The notes below the pieces were generated by a model that was given only the letters and a program-made list of their open reading frames with translations, was not told the DNA's origin and did not search any database. Positions 49,445 to 64,000 of a stretch of DNA of 64,000 nt are shown here, in pieces; the stretch's first letter is position 1, and the number at the start of each line of letters is the position of its first letter. The stretch lies in the NCBI GenBank assembly GCA_010093605.1, contig MU004186.1, positions 327,765 to 391,764 on the forward strand. Reading direction: 5' to 3'. Both the position numbers and the translations under genes were made by a program. This DNA comes from Lophium mytilinum (taxonomy: Eukaryota).

Positions 49445-49644
49445 TGTTAGGGCTTAAGGTTAGAACGTTGGAATTATTAGATTAAATAGTATTAATATTA
49501 ACAAAAGATAAATATAAGAGAGAAAGAGGTTCCTAGGACGGACGTTATAATAACCTAAAGGGCGGAGCAACGTTTACCTATTCTATAGAGCCTCTATTAC
49601 GTAACCTCTAGTTACGTGTTATGCGCAATTATATAGCTATAATA
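49445..49644 (-). repeat. 3' LTR
   Basis: Direct repeat of 57884-58083; begins TGTTAGGG. Confidence 0.93.
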
Positions 49645-52600
49645 TGTTTCCCCCCTCTAAAGAAGCCCCCTAATTAAAGCCTTCTTCTTGTAAGAGAGTC
49701 CTTTCTATACTAGAGTATCTATAATTACTTAAATATCTATTAAATAAAGTGCTAGGTTATACTATAGTTGTAATTTAAATAAAGAAAATAAATTAATTTA
49801 TAGAGAATTACTTATTCTTTCTATTTTTATGCAGCCTTCTATAGCCTTACTATTTAGTATAGTATTATATAGCTACTCTATTAGTCTGCTAGTATTGCTA
49901 TGTATAGTATTACTATACACTATATTACTATGCGCAGTATTGCTATACGCAGTATTACTATACGTAGTGTTACTATTTTATTATTTATCTAGACTAGAGC
50001 CGGCTATAACAGGGCTGTAAGGAGCCGTATAGCCTTTATAGCTGCTAGCCTACTGCTAGGTACTTATAATAATCTGCGCTATTACATTGCATTTAATTAT
50101 TACGCACGTCCGCGGTTAGGCCTCCTTAATAAATTAATTTAACCGCCGGTCCGGTAATTAAATTACGTAGCTTCCGCAGCGTTAGTTGTACGGAGGTCCA
50201 TTGCAGTAAGGATAGCAGCTAAGGTTAGTTCCTAGTCCGATAGTAGTTAGAATAATAAGTAAGGGCCTAGTTTCTTAGGGTATTAGTAGTAGAAATCTAT
50301 AATAAGGTGCGGGTAACTATTAGCGTAGTTGTAGTTATTCTATTAGGGCTTATTATTCTATCTAATAAACTTAATTTTATATTATAGCATGCCCCTTTTT
50401 CTAGTAGTAGAATTAAGACGTCTTCTATCTAGGCGGCTATTTATAACTTCTTTAGTATTACCTTTCTAGTATATAGGTATTATTTAAATAGAGGGAGGCT
50501 TAGGATTATATTATCCTTTTATAGAAATAGCGTTAGCTAGATAGAGGAGCTATAGGTAAAACACTAGATAGATATTCTCTATACCTTTTAGTAGGTTAAG
50601 CTTATATGCGCTTCTATTTTTATAGCTCTCTAGAATCTTAAAGGGGCCTAGCTTCTTAAAGTTAAGCTTCTTATTTAGTCGCGTTATTTTAATAAAGCGT
50701 CTATCTAGCATAACTTAATCGCCTGGATAATACATTTAAGCTAGTTATTATCCAGCGTTAGCATATTTCTTTTACTTAGCCTATGCCTATTTAATTTCCG
50801 TGCGGAGGAACGCGCGTAACTTGTCTAGCTTATTAATAAGTTTATCCGCTAGCTTAGTAAGTTAAATAGTTAGTGCAGTTACTTCCTATAGTAAACGCGC
50901 GGCTAGTATAGTGCCTACGCTAGGAATATAGCCTTTAGTAGCTATAAAGGGGGCCACTCTAGTAGAGGCGTTTCTTAATAAGTTAGCTTTAAATTTAGCT
51001 ATAGTAAGAAAGTTACACTAGTTATCTTACTAGTAGTTAATATATACTCTAAGGTACTATTTTAAGCCTATATTAGTAATCTCTATCTATCTATCTATTT
51101 TAGAGTAAAAGGTAGTAGAGAGCTTTAGCTTTATACTAATATACTTATATAGGCGAAACTAGAAGATTAAGATAAATTATATTCCTCTATTAGAAATAAT
51201 AGACTATAGATACCCTTTAGTACGCTATACCTATTTAAGGAAGGCTTATACTACTTCCTTAGCGTCTATTATAACTATTAGAATAAACTTGCGCATTTTA
51301 GAGAGTCTATTAATAATAACTATAATATATTAGTAATCTTATCTAAAGCGTAAGCACATTAGTAGAGGGCTAATAAAATTAACTATAAGATTAGTTTAGT
51401 ATTACTTAGGAATAGAAAGTAGTTTAAGAAAGCCTTGCTTTATATTGCGTGCATGCTTAATGCAATTATATAGCTGGCAGGCCTTAATATAATAGTTAAC
51501 GTTATTAGTTATCTATAGCTAGAAGTAATATATTAAAACCCGGTTATATATAGATGTAGTTCTACTATAGCTAACCGGGGGAGGTTTATATAAACCTTTA
51601 ATAATAGCTAATTAGAGTTCCTCTTTAGTAGAAATATATAGGCGGTCCTTCTAAATAAAAATAAGGCTGTTATAAATTATGCAGTTATAAAGCTTAAGCT
51701 TAACACTGTAATTTTTAACTATATTAGTAGGTAGGCGGCGTAGCTTAGCTTTAATGGCGTCTTTAATGGCGTTGCCGACGGCGTTATTAATAAGGGCTTC
51801 TTATATGCAATCTACTATATCTTACTCTACGGCACTATTAGCAGGGTTACTCTATAACTCCCCCTGCCTTAGTAACTTCTATAGTTCTTTATTAAGGTTA
51901 CTTTAAGACTCCCTCTAATTAAGTTCTACTTTGCTAAGGTTATATAATATTGCTAAGAGGGAAACTATATTATAGGTAACGCCGTTAGTTATAATATAAG
52001 CTAGTTTAATAGTGTAACGCATTTCTAGTTCTAGGTTATAGTCCTTTAAGATTGTTTATTATTAGATTTTATAGCGTTTATTATCTTAATCTAGTATATT
52101 ACCTAGGCGTCTAGTTAGTAGATTAGCCTTACTATTATCCTTGCCTAGTCGGTAAGTAATTTAGAAGTTAAATTTAGAAAGAAACTCGGCCCATCTAGCC
52201 TATTATTAGTTAAGCTGCTTAGTTTCTATAAAGTATTACAGGGTGCAGTAATTTAAAAGAACTTTAATTAGATTACTATATCTATAGCTAGCAAGTTCTA
52301 TACACTATTCCTTAAAGGCGCAGATAATTACTAGGAGTTCTTTATTATAAATCTAATAGTTAAGTTAGGCTGCGCTTATTTAATAGGACATAAACGCGAT
52401 AGGGCGGAGGACGCTATTAGCCTGCATTTAAGATAGTATAGTAGCTGTAACAGTATTAAATGCATTATATTCTACCTATATCTCTAGATCTAGATTAAAA
52501 TAAGCTATCTAAGAAGCGTTAATAAACGCTTATTTTATTTATTTAAATAAAAAGTCTTTTAAGCTGCCTTTCTACTATAGAAAGGTAAACTACTTATAGA

Positions 52601-55600
52601 CCTTAGCCCTAGTAAGTCTTATAAGGGGTCCTATAATATTAGAATAGGCGATAATAAATTACTAGTAGAAGTTATAGAAGCCTAGAAAAGCTTGCACGTT
52701 ATAGAGGTTCTATAGTTATAGCTAGTTAACTATAGTTTTAACTTTAGCTAGGTCTATCTTAAGGCCGTTAACGCTAATAATAACGCCTAGATACTTAACT
52801 TTCTGCTTATAGAATTTACACTTTATAATATTAAGAAAGAGACTAGCCTTATAGAGTTGCTAGAGGACTTTCTTAATATAGCCTACGTGTTCCTCTAATA
52901 TCTTACTAAAAATAAGAATATTGTTAAGATAAGCTATATAGAAATTATCTAGGTATTTTAAGAGGATGTTATTAATAAAGGCTTAAAATGTCGCTGGGGC
53001 ATTGCATAAGCTAAAGGGTAGAACGGTGAATTTAAATAGGCCGTATCTAGTAAGAAAGGCCGTGTATTTCTTATCTCCTTCGCGCATTCTAATTGCGTTA
53101 AAGGCAGCGATAACATTAAATTTAGTATAGTAGCGAGCGTATTTTAGTAATGCTAAAGTATCCTTTATAGCCGGTAGAATGTTATAGGCCTTAATAGTAA
53201 TAGTATTAAGGCTATAGTAGTTAATGTAAATTTAGAGGCCTCCCCTAGGTTTATAAATAATAATAACTAGAGCGGTATACTAGCTATTACTTTTCCTAAT
53301 ATAGCCTTTGCCGTACATCTTATTAATAAATATTTTAATAACTAGTATCTCGTCCTGTAAGAGTCTATAGACTTTACGCGCTAGTGCCTTTATTTCTAGT
53401 TTAATATTAATATAGTAGTTAATGTCTATGCCGTCTTTTACTTTATAATGCAGTAGTAGCTTATTAGCTTTCTTTAGGTTCTATATATTAAGGAAGCCGT
53501 AATATTCTATAGATACTAATACTTTAAGTTTATTACAGGTTATTAGTTTACGCTCTATCTTCTTAAAGAATTTCTATTAGTCGTCTTTTAACATTACGTA
53601 GAGACTAATAGCCGCCAGGTTATTAGTAAAATTAGCTAGACCTAATATAATGTCGCTAGATTTATACAGGCGTCTATTAGCGCGCGCTTAAGCTTTAGCT
53701 TTCTTATTAGTAAGTGCTAGCTTAAAGTGTTTAGGCTATATATAGATAGTGTCTTCCTCTAGTAAATACTAGGAGTTGTATAAATATTTATTACTAGATA
53801 CTACGTTAATATTAAGTACTTTAAAAGCAGCGAGCTAAGCATTAAGCTTCTACTAGAATAGGCGCTTACCTATATAGGCGATAGGGTCTTTAGACTATAT
53901 ATAGACTAGTTTATAATTAACTAGGTATTAAGAATAGTAGTAGTCTAAGTCTAGCTATATTATTTAGGTACTAAACTTTATATAAGCGTTGTGTATTATA
54001 AGCTAACCTATACTAAAAATAATATTATAGCTCTTAAGGTTATAGATTAGTGCCTAAAATTTATTATAATGGCTTCTAATCTATATAGTAACCTTAGCTG
54101 CTTTATTAATAACGGACGTAGATCTATTTAGTAGCTTAATATTACATAGAGTAGCTTTATAGACGCTAAGCTTATAATATTTTATAAAGTCTATAGAAAT
54201 AAATATAAATCCGCCGCATCTAGAGTCTATAAGAATAGTTAATTTAACTAATCCAGTTAAAGTAATAATTCTATAGTTAAAATCCATCTATTTACTAGAT
54301 AGGGGGGTAAGCCTAATAGCGCATGCGGAGAGCTTAATATTAGAAGGTCTTAGAGGGGGTAACTTAAGCTCTTAGATACATGCAAGGGCTTAAGTTAGCG
54401 TGTCTTCTAACTATCTCTAACGACGACTTTCGTTAGAGATTAGGCATTTCCCGAGTTGTTAGAATAGGTAGCCTTATTATTATTATTGTCTTAGCCTTAG
54501 TTATTCTTATACTTATACTTATATTAATACTCCTAATTACTACTATAATTAAAAGCATTAAGTTCTATACTATTAATACTAGTAGTAGTAAGGCGCTTAT
54601 CGCGCTAAGCCTTTAATATAGTCTTCCTAGCTATAGCATATTTAGGGTTACTAGCGCGGTAGTTCTTCTTAAAGTAGCTAAAGTAACGTCCTTCCTTACT
54701 AAGGCGTAGGCGGATATGCGGTGGGACGCTTAGTAGTAGGATAGTAGTAGTCTTCTTAACTATAATACAGTTATTAGTCTTAGTAGTAGATACTTTATAC
54801 TAGGCGCGGTTAGAGTTATAATAGATATTCTACGCGTATATATTATTTAAGCGGCGCGCTAAGATTTATATAGCTAGAAGCTCTTTATTAGCCCGCTTTT
54901 CGCGTTAAATATAATAATAGTCCTTATATAGAATATTATCTTTTACCTAGTACTAGGTTAATAGACTAAAGTTAATATATTTAGTAAGATCTATTTATAG
55001 TATTTCCTTAAGGTAATAGTATTAAGTCGCGAGGCCGTTATTAATTTTACTATACTTAAGCCTGTTAAGAACAACGTTAAGGCATTATAGAAAGTTAGAC
55101 GTTTTTTTATTATATTACTATTTTATGCCCTTGCTATTAAGCTAGTTAAGAAGGCGATCGCGATAAACAGCGTTACTTTCCTAGAATATAGTATCTAGGT
55201 CTTAGACAAGTTTCTTAAGTAATTAATATAGATTAGTAGATGTAAGAAGTCTATAGTCTTCTATAACCTTATATACGCGCCCCTTATAGTAGCTAATAGC
55301 GAGCTAAATTTAGGTTATAGTTATAGGGTAAGTCTATTAGTCTACTTAGACTAAGTAGATTAGGTAGTTCTTCTACGCTGCGTATACTATAGCTTCTAAT
55401 TTAAAATTCTATAGATATATATACTTAGGGCGAGGGCCTTATTATTATCTATATTAAGGATAGATAGGTCTATATACCTATAGCTAAGTAAAACCGCCTA
55501 GTTAGCTTAGGTTTAGGTTATCTCCACCTCTACCTCTACCTCCTGCAGTAGTAAAGTATTAGCCTGGAACATAATTATATTAGAAGTTATCTGGGTTAAT

Positions 55601-57883
55601 AGTATATAGTCCCACTAGTAGCAGTAGAAAGGCGTTATTAGTAGAGTTATAATTAGTAGTATATTTATCTATATATAGATTATTAGGTTATCCCGTTAAT
55701 ATATTCTACTAAACTTAAGCTTTAAGCTAGATAATCTATATTAAGGCCTATTAATATCTAGTTTAGAGCTTATTAAGTTAATAGATTTAGGCTTAGAAGT
55801 TAGCGTGTTTCTTATTATATAGGTAATGTACGCGGGCTAACTCTATTTATTTAGACTTAAGCTTATAGTTAAGGGTGTAGACTTGCGTCTAGAGCTTATT
55901 AAGTTTACTATTAGTAAGTAAATACTTTTTATTTAGTTCCTTAATAGTAGTATTAGCGGCGTCTTATTTCTATACCGCGATATTTATTTTATACTTATAG
56001 TTATTACTATCTTAGTAAGCTAGTATAATATAGTTCTACTACTATTCTAGTATAAGTTAGACGTCTTTAGTAAGGTTCTATAGAACTTATAGTTTATATT
56101 ACTAGTAAATGCCGTCTCTATAGCGCATCTTAAAGATAAAGCTATTTATACGCTGCGCAATTGCAAGATGTAACTACTAATAATCCTCCGCGCGTATTAT
56201 AGTATAGTACCTATTACTCTATTCTATGCCCGCTACTTACTAGGCTAGGTTAGAAGTATTAAGTCTAGTAATAGATTTAACGCGGGTGGATTAGTATTAT
56301 AATAGAGATATATTAGGTAAGAAAATGCCGTAAATAGATAGTATTCTTAGATACTTAGAATCGCGGAACTAATATAGCTTAGGAATAGTATTATAGTATA
56401 CTATAGCTTCTAGAGTATTAATAGTAACGCCTTAATAGGCTGTTTTAAGCTTATTAACTTTATCGTCCGCGTTATTACTAAACTAACGTTCCTTCTTCTA
56501 TTAGTTGTGTTTATTGGCGGAATTAAAGTTAAAGGAGGAGTCCTTATTATAGGCGGCAGTTGTGTTATTAAGGCCGGTAGTTATATTATTAAGGATAGGT
56601 AAATTAAAGTTGCCTAGTACGTAGCTACTAATGCAGGAGAGTAGAAGTATAGTTTCCTCTACTATAGTTACTGCCGGAGGAGCTAGGGTAATTAGTAGAG
56701 GTTTACCTATAGTACTAAACTTAGTCTAATAATATTATAAGTCTACAGGTGTTACTAGAGGAACTAGTCTAATAAATAGAGTTAGTTAAGAAGTAGTAGC
56801 TAGTATCTACAACTAGAATTAAGTCGCGCCTTAGAAGGGTTAGTTTGCTAGCTAAATAAGAGAAGGCTATAGCCTGTAATTAATCTATATTATATTATTA
56901 TTATTATCTCCTATAAGTAGGTAGTATAAGTTTAGAGCGCCTTCCTATTATAATATAATGCGGCGGGGGTTAATAGAAATACTATTAGCGTTGCTAAATA
57001 GGCGTCTAGTAGTAGAGCGTCTACTAGAGATAGAGTTACTAAACTATAGGGCTTTAGCGCGGTTAAAGGTATAATAGTTGGGGTTAGCTATATAATAGGT
57101 GGGAGAAAAGTTAGTATAAAAGAAAGAAAACTTAAAGGGCGAGGTATTAAATTTATATGCAAGTACCTATTAAATTTAGATTATTTACTACGCGCTCTTA
57201 GACGCGTAGAAGGTTTAAGAGAGTAGTACTAGTAGCACTAGTTATATATAGCTATAGAACTGCCTAGAGGGTTATAGTAAATAATAAGTCTACTATTTAT
57301 AAGGCGCGGGTAGTATATAGAAAATAGGTAGTCTATAGAAAATAGATAGTCTGCAGGAAATAGTTATTCTATAATACTAGGCATGCGCTTAGCTTACTAT
57401 TATTAATACTAAGCTTTCCAGGCGTTAGTCTTTATACTGCAATAGCAATTAATTAGTAACGCTAGGCGCGCGCACGCGCTATTATCTATACTAAGCTTTC
57501 CGGGTATTAGTCTCTATATAATAATAGTAATAGGTAGAAGAAGAAGTTATAGAGCCGTTAAAGTAATAGATAAGAATTAGTAAGGACTTTCTAGAGTGCT
57601 GCTACTACCCCTCTATTATAGGGGCTTATTATAAGCGCTGCTATAGTTATAAGGTCTATTATCTAGCTTTACGCATAATAGCTAGATCGCTTTATTAGGG
57701 GCCTGCGGCGCTACTAATAGAAGTACTACGTTGGTGTAGTCTTTATTAGGGGTCCGTAATACTGCTAACGGTTACTATCTAGATATAGGTATACTATAGC
57801 TTATTATAAGAGCGCACTCTATTACGGAAAATTTCTAGGGGTTGCTTCCATTACTCCCGGAAGCTAGAAGGGTATTTATCTTA

Positions 57884-58083
57884 TATTAGGGCTTAAGGTT
57901 AGAACGTTAGAATTATTAGATTAAATAGTATTAATATTAATAAAAGATAAATACAAGAGAGAAAGAGGTTCCTAGGACAGATGTTATAATAACCTAAAGG
58001 GCGGAGCAACGTTTACCCGTTCCGCAGAGCCTCTATTACGTAACCTCTAGTTACATATTATGCGCAATTATATAGCTATAATA
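57884..58083 (-). repeat. 5' LTR
   Basis: Direct repeat of 49445-49644; differences are mainly C/T and G/A transitions. Confidence 0.93.
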
Positions 58084-58220
58084 CCTTTACTAGTATATAC
58101 TAAATATATATAGTATATATTAATAGCGCGCCGTCTAAATAGTAGTATTAGTATAAGGCCCTTATTCTTCTCTATATAGTGCTAGTACTAGTACTATATA
58201 GAGAAGAAGAATAAGATAGA

Positions 58221-58745
58221 TAGTATTTATTATAAATAAGTATAACTATATAGAGAATAATAAGTAAGTATAAAGTTTAGATTTATTCCCCCTATAAAGT
58301 ATAAGTAGCATTTATTATAAATAAGTATAACTATATAGAGGATAATAAGTAAGTATAAGGTTTAGATCTATCCCCTCTATAAAGTATAAGTAGTATTTAT
58401 TATAAATAAGTATAACTATATAAAGAATAATAAGTAAATATAAGATTTAGATCTATCCCCTCTATAAAGCATAGGCAGTATTTATTATAAATAAGTATAG
58501 CACTATAAAGGATAAGTAAGTATAAGGTTTAAATCTATCCCCCCTATAAAGTATATATAGTATACATTTAAAATAAGTATAGTACTATAGAGAATAAGTA
58601 AGTATAAAGTTTAAATCTATTCCCTCTATAAAGTATATATAGTATGTGTTTAAAATAAGTATAGCACTATAGAGGATAAGTAAGTATAAGGTTTAAATCT
58701 TTCTTTCTCTCTTAAGTATAGAGAGCATGCATTTAAAATAAGGCG
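58221..58745. repeat. 82-85 bp minisatellite, ~6 copies
   Basis: Unit starts near 58221, 58306, 58391, 58476, 58558 and 58640 (..tagtatttattataaataagtata..ataagtaagtataaggttta..). Confidence 0.88.
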
Positions 58746-59612
58746 CCTAAGAAAGTTAATATAGTAGCATTTATTAATAATAAGCCTTATAACTGCGGTA
58801 CTCTATAAAGAAAGAGAATAAACTGCCCCCGCTAGTATAGTAGCAGTATTTATTAATAATAAGCCTTATAACTATAGTATTTACGCAGAATATTAAGAGA
58901 CTACAGGAGATTATATTAAGAACGCTGGGGACGTTAAGAGACTACAGGAGATTATATTAAGAACGCTAGGAACTATAGAAGATTATATTAAGAATATTAA
59001 GAATACTAGAGAACTACTAGAAAGCATACTAGATTAGTAAGATTAGTAAGGTATAAGATTATATTAGGAATACTTAGAAACTATAGAAGATTACTTAGAA
59101 ACTATATAAGATTGCTAGGGAACTATAGAAGATTACTAGGGGACTATTAGAAAGTATAGTAAGATTAGTAATATAATATAGTATATTAAGAATACTTAGA
59201 AAGTATAGTAAGATTAGTAATATAATATAGTATATAAGAGTATATTAAGAATGCTATAGAGGTACTATGCCTTTATTCTTAATATAGTTATAGTTCTATA
59301 CCTTTACTTCTAGTATAGTTGTAGTTATATACCTTTATTTCTAATGCAGCTATAATTCTAGGCGTTTTCTTCTTATAAATCTATACCTTCTCTTCTTTTA
59401 TAGTTTTATATCTTTATTTTAAATAATTCTATAGCTCTTTACTTATTTCTAATACTTCTAGAGTTCTTTACCTTCTCTCTAAGTTAATATAGTCTTATAC
59501 CCTATACTATTATACTAGCGCTAATACTTAAGCCTTAAATATCTACCGGCGCTAATACTAAAGCCTTACGCCTATTTCTATATATTTATTTAAAATAAAG
59601 TAGACTGTAAAA

Positions 59613-59705
59613 TAGAAAGGCTATATAGAGAGGCTATATAGAAAGGCTATATAGAAAGGCTATATAGAGAGGCTATATAGAAAGGCTATATAGAGAGGCT
59701 ATATT
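59613..59705. repeat. 13-bp tandem repeat (AGARAGGCTATAT)n
   Basis: About seven copies read directly. Confidence 0.85.
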
Positions 59706-62700
59706 TTAGCTATATAGTACCTTTATCTCTAATAAGTATAGCTTATACTTATTAGAGATAAAGGTATAAAGCTATATATAGTTACACGTTCTATTATAAC
59801 TATAGTATACTTATTTATAATAAAAGTTTAGGTTTATAAAGTTCTACTACTTATAAGTTGGCCTATTATTCTAACTAATAAGATACTTTATAATTATTAT
59901 AGATAAGAAGTTCTCTAACTAGCTACCCTAATTATAGATCTTTTATATATTCTAGCGCCGCTTACTAGATAGCTACTAGCAGCCACCTCGGCGAAAGAAA
60001 TAGCTAGAGAAAGTAATTAGATTATAGCTAATATCTATAAGATTGTTTTAAAAGTTAAGAATAAATTAAAAAGAGAACTATTATTATTAATAAAGATGCA
60101 GGCGCGTTTATAATAAAGGAGAACCTATAATTAACTTATCTTTATTAATAATAGGTTAGTTATATAGGTTAAACTTCTAGAATAGGCGGCTAGAGTAAAT
60201 ACCTAATAGATAAAGCTATTTAAGTAGTAGATTAGGTATAGAAATCTATAGGTTCTTCTATTATATATAGATAATAAATAGCTTTACCTCTATTTATTTA
60301 TGCGTTAATAATAAGTAGGTAGGGGAATTTATTAGAAATAAGGGGGTAGTATACCTCTATACTAATAAGTTTTCTAGAAAGAAAAAGTAATCTTAATAGA
60401 TCTAGAATTCTTATTAAAAACGCGTATATTACTTATCTTAATTTAAAGAACCTCTTTAAGTTATAAAAGGTAGGTAAATATAATAGTATAGGCTAGATGC
60501 ATTATTATTCTCTATCTATAGCCCGCCTAGAGTGCTCTTCTATCTTTATTCTTTAGATAAGAGAAAGAAGAGGTATCTTCTTTCTCTAGTTATTTAAAAT
60601 AAGCCTTAGTATCTTTATATATCTTTTAAAAATCTTACTCTTAGATAGCTTAAGCGCTTTCTAGTACCTCTCTAGCTATAACCTAGGCTATTATTAGTAA
60701 TAAATAAAGCTAATAGATAGTAGTAGTATATCTTCTCTCTCTAGAGCTACTTTATTGCGTAGTAAATAGTATAGAATACTAATAGATTTCTAGTATATAT
60801 ACTATTAGTCTACCTTATCTAAAAGTTAGATTCTTATTAATAATAATATAAATAGTGCTAGCTAATTATAGCCCTTATCTTCTAGGTATAGAAGTATAAA
60901 GTGCTAGAATTCTGCATATTCTTATTTTTATCTCTAACGCTAGAGGTAATAAATATAGTAGTAGACGCTTATCTAGAATAAGGCTTTACTTTCTTCTTTC
61001 TTTCTTACCTTATACCTGCTTTCTATTCTAAGTCCTCTCTTATTACTTTTCTTATTTTAACTATCCCTTAAATCTATTATATAAAATAGTTTAGCGCCTA
61101 TTTACCCGGGGTATTAATATATTTATAGGCCTGTAGCTTATAGAACTTTAGCTATTTTAGAAACTTAGCCTACTACCTAGTACTTATTAGAAATAAATAA
61201 GATATATCTTTATCTAGAATATACTCTTAATACGCTTTTATAGTACCTTATATAAGGCTCCCTTTAGTTATATAAAGCTAGTACTCTTTATTCTTCTCTA
61301 TAAGCTTTCTACTCTATAGCTTATTAATTAACTTTAAGAAATTAGGATTTAAATAGCTAAGGACCACTAACTTAGTATTCTAGCGGATAATCTTAGTTAT
61401 AATCTCCCCTTTATTACTAACGCCCTTTTTTTTATTAGTATTATTAAGCATCTCTTTCTAAGTTACTTACTTTACTATAGACTTAGGTATAGCCGCTAGA
61501 AGCTTCTTAAGCTACTCTAGCTTATCTTTATCTATAATAACTACTTTCTTCCCCCTCTTAGGCTTTATTTTTAATACGCTCTTTAGGGTTTATAGTAGTA
61601 AGAACTTAGCCTTAGCTATTTTAGCTTTTTATAGAGGTATAGAGAATAATAAGTATAGATTTATTATTAATAAGTAGATAGAAGGGCAGATTTTAATATA
61701 GGTATACGCTAGGCTTATTTATATTTAGTAATAGCTGTTATTTAAAATAGAATAAGTTATCTAAATTAGAATAAGCTACCTTATTATTAATAAAGACCCC
61801 TCTTTATATACTTTTTTGCACCCTTTATTATCTATAAACTCCTAGTATTAGCCTATCTACTAGCCTACCTATCTATATACTACCTATCTATATACTATCT
61901 ATTCTTTTATTCTTTAACTTATTTAAAATAAATTAGTATACCCCTAAAAGTAAGTACTATTTTAAAGGCTTCTCTTTAAGAGCGTCTAGCTAAAGAATAG
62001 CTAAAGTAGTAGGCTAATTAGCCCCCCTAAAATAATACTTTTCTAGATAATAACTTCCGGCTAATAGCTAAGATAAATAGGCTAGAAGTATAGATTAAAA
62101 GCTATATCTTCTATAACTTTAAGACTTTAATTTAAATTTAAGAAGAAAGTAAGGTAGTAGTAAGAGTAGTATATTTAAGACTATATAAGTAGTTTACTAT
62201 ATCTTAAGAATATACTCTACTACCTATATAGAAACCTTCTTTATCTATAATAAACCTGCTAGTATATTTATCTATAATAAACCCCCTACTACTAGTACCT
62301 AGCTACGCCCTTTCTATTTCTTTTACCGGGCAGCCTCTACTAATATAATTATCTACAACGCATCTATAGTAGCCTTAGTTATTACTAATAAATCTATAGT
62401 AGAAACTAATACTCTAAGAAAGTAATTAATTCTAGGTACCGCAGGCTATATTTAGGTAGTAAGGCTAGTTATATATAATGCAGGTACTCTTACGCCTAGA
62501 GGATTCTTTTAGCCCTTATTCTAGCCCCGGTAAGTAAAGCTAAATTATATTAACGCTAGAGAACTATCCTCTAGCTAGTAGTAGAATTACTACCTTATTT
62601 ATATACTATTATATCTATAACCTCCCTAAGTAGTACCGGCTATAACCTTCTTTTATATCTCTAACTTATTAATAATAAGTTAAAAGCCCCCCCTCTTCTA

Positions 62701-64000
62701 CTAACTACTAGTACTAGAACTAGCCGTCTCTAATAAAGCGTCCTAAGATAAAAGAAAAGAAGAAGGCTACGCCGGAGGAGGAGGAGAAAAAGATAACTAT
62801 TACTATACCGCACGGAATAGTAACCTTTATTAGTAGTAATATCTCTATACTACCTATTATCTTAATTAATAGTACTTTAGGTATTATAAAGATTAAAGGC
62901 GGATAGAAAGTACCTTAAGAAGTAGAAGTGTTTCTAATAATTAAGGAAGTTTCTATTCTACTTAAGTATTAGATTAATATATAGAAGTATAAAGAAAATC
63001 TAATATAGATAAAACTTAAGTAGAAGTATAGTAATTAGAAAGTAAGTATTCTTATTCTTATTAGAAATAAATACCCCCTCTCCTTAATAAATACCCCCTC
63101 TCCTTATTAGAGATAAAGGCTTATTTTTTATAGGTTTTTATAGATAAAAGAAGAGAGTTTAATAATAACCTTCTATTCTAGAAGTAGTATTCTACTATAC
63201 TAAAGAAGAAGAAGAAGCCTAAACTATTAAAATAGTCCCCTCTTTTTAACGCTATTAAGCTCTAGTAAAAGAAGGTTAATAAAAAAAATATAGAGAGAGT
63301 AAGAGCCTATTAGAGTAATAGTTTTAATAAGAAGTATCTCTATAGGTATAGCTTAAACTAGAGAATTAAATAAACCCCTTAAGTAATTATAGCTAAATTT
63401 AGGCGTAATATAGGTAGAGCCTTACCTTAAGATATTAAGAAGAAGAGGCAGAACGTTATTAAGAATAATAATAAGAATAATAATACTTAGATATTATTAT
63501 AAATAAATATAACTCTATTTAAATCTATATATATCTATATAGCTATAATATCTACTAAGTAACTTATTATAGATAAACTATATAGCCGTGCAGTATAATT
63601 ATATAGTATACTTATATAGTATACTTATATAGTATTACTATATAGTGTAGTATTTAGCTATAAGGTCTACTAAGCTACTTATTACTAATAAAGACTACTA
63701 GGCTCTTTATAGAATACTAATAAGGGCTAAGAAGTACTAAGGTATATTCTAGAAATATTTTAAATATTTAATCTTATATAGTAGAATATTAAGATCTCCT
63801 TTAATAGCGCGTTTAAGACGCACTAGATAAGATTTTAGTAGACTTTTTATATAAATAGAATTTTCTATTCTAATATAGATCTTAATATTCTAATACCTAG
63901 TTTAAGTATATACTAGATACCTAGCGTTTAGAATAAGTTAATATAGCGTTATAAAGCGGTAGAAAAGGGGGTAGATAGGCTATAGAAGGGAGAGAGTATA

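Larger units (their letters stand above)
49445..58083 (-). mobile_element. Full-length RIP-inactivated Ty3/Gypsy chromovirus LTR retrotransposon
   Basis: 200-bp LTRs at 49445-49644 and 57884-58083; TSD tcttt/ccttt; polypurine tract adjacent to 49645. RT relic YTKFNVIAAFNAIRMREGDKKYTAFLTRYGLFKFTVLPFSLCNAPATF* (~52985-53130) with YLDD mutated to YLNN. Chromodomain relic at ~50260-50460. Confidence 0.95.
47540..64000. repeat. AT-rich RIP-mutated repeat/heterochromatin block
   Basis: Abrupt GC drop at ~47540, visibly strong TpA excess and CpA/TpG depletion, almost no ORFs, TE relics. Confidence 0.95.

Noticed and set aside
49829..54287. Small ORFs inside the AT-rich block
   Set aside because: Chance or residual frames of the RIPped retrotransposon; 54081-54287 is likely a protease-region relic.

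Overview
Filamentous ascomycete (Pezizomycotina) genomic DNA with GT-AG introns and CTRAC branch sites. Gene models were assembled by eye from splice signals, and all family calls come from motif recognition, not database searches. The window has four zones. (1) ~2-22.3 kb is a compact putative catabolic cluster: amino-acid permease, D-2-hydroxyacid dehydrogenase, class II aldolase, NmrA-like protein, LigB-type extradiol dioxygenase, M20 ureido/N-carbamoyl amidohydrolase, NCS1 nucleobase permease, FAD aromatic hydroxylase, thymine-7-hydroxylase-like 2OG/Fe dioxygenase and two Zn2Cys6 regulators. This set suggests an oxidative ring-cleavage route for a pyrimidine or other N-heterocycle. (2) 22.5-36 kb is accessory-like: orphan ORFs, a triple zinc-finger protein, a candidate Pol III ncRNA with a duplicated structured module, and a 171-bp tandem repeat. 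(3) 36-46 kb holds a CYP52-like P450, a hypothetical gene and PRM1. (4) From ~47.5 kb to the end is an AT-rich, RIP-mutated repeat block containing a full-length dead chromodomain Gypsy element.
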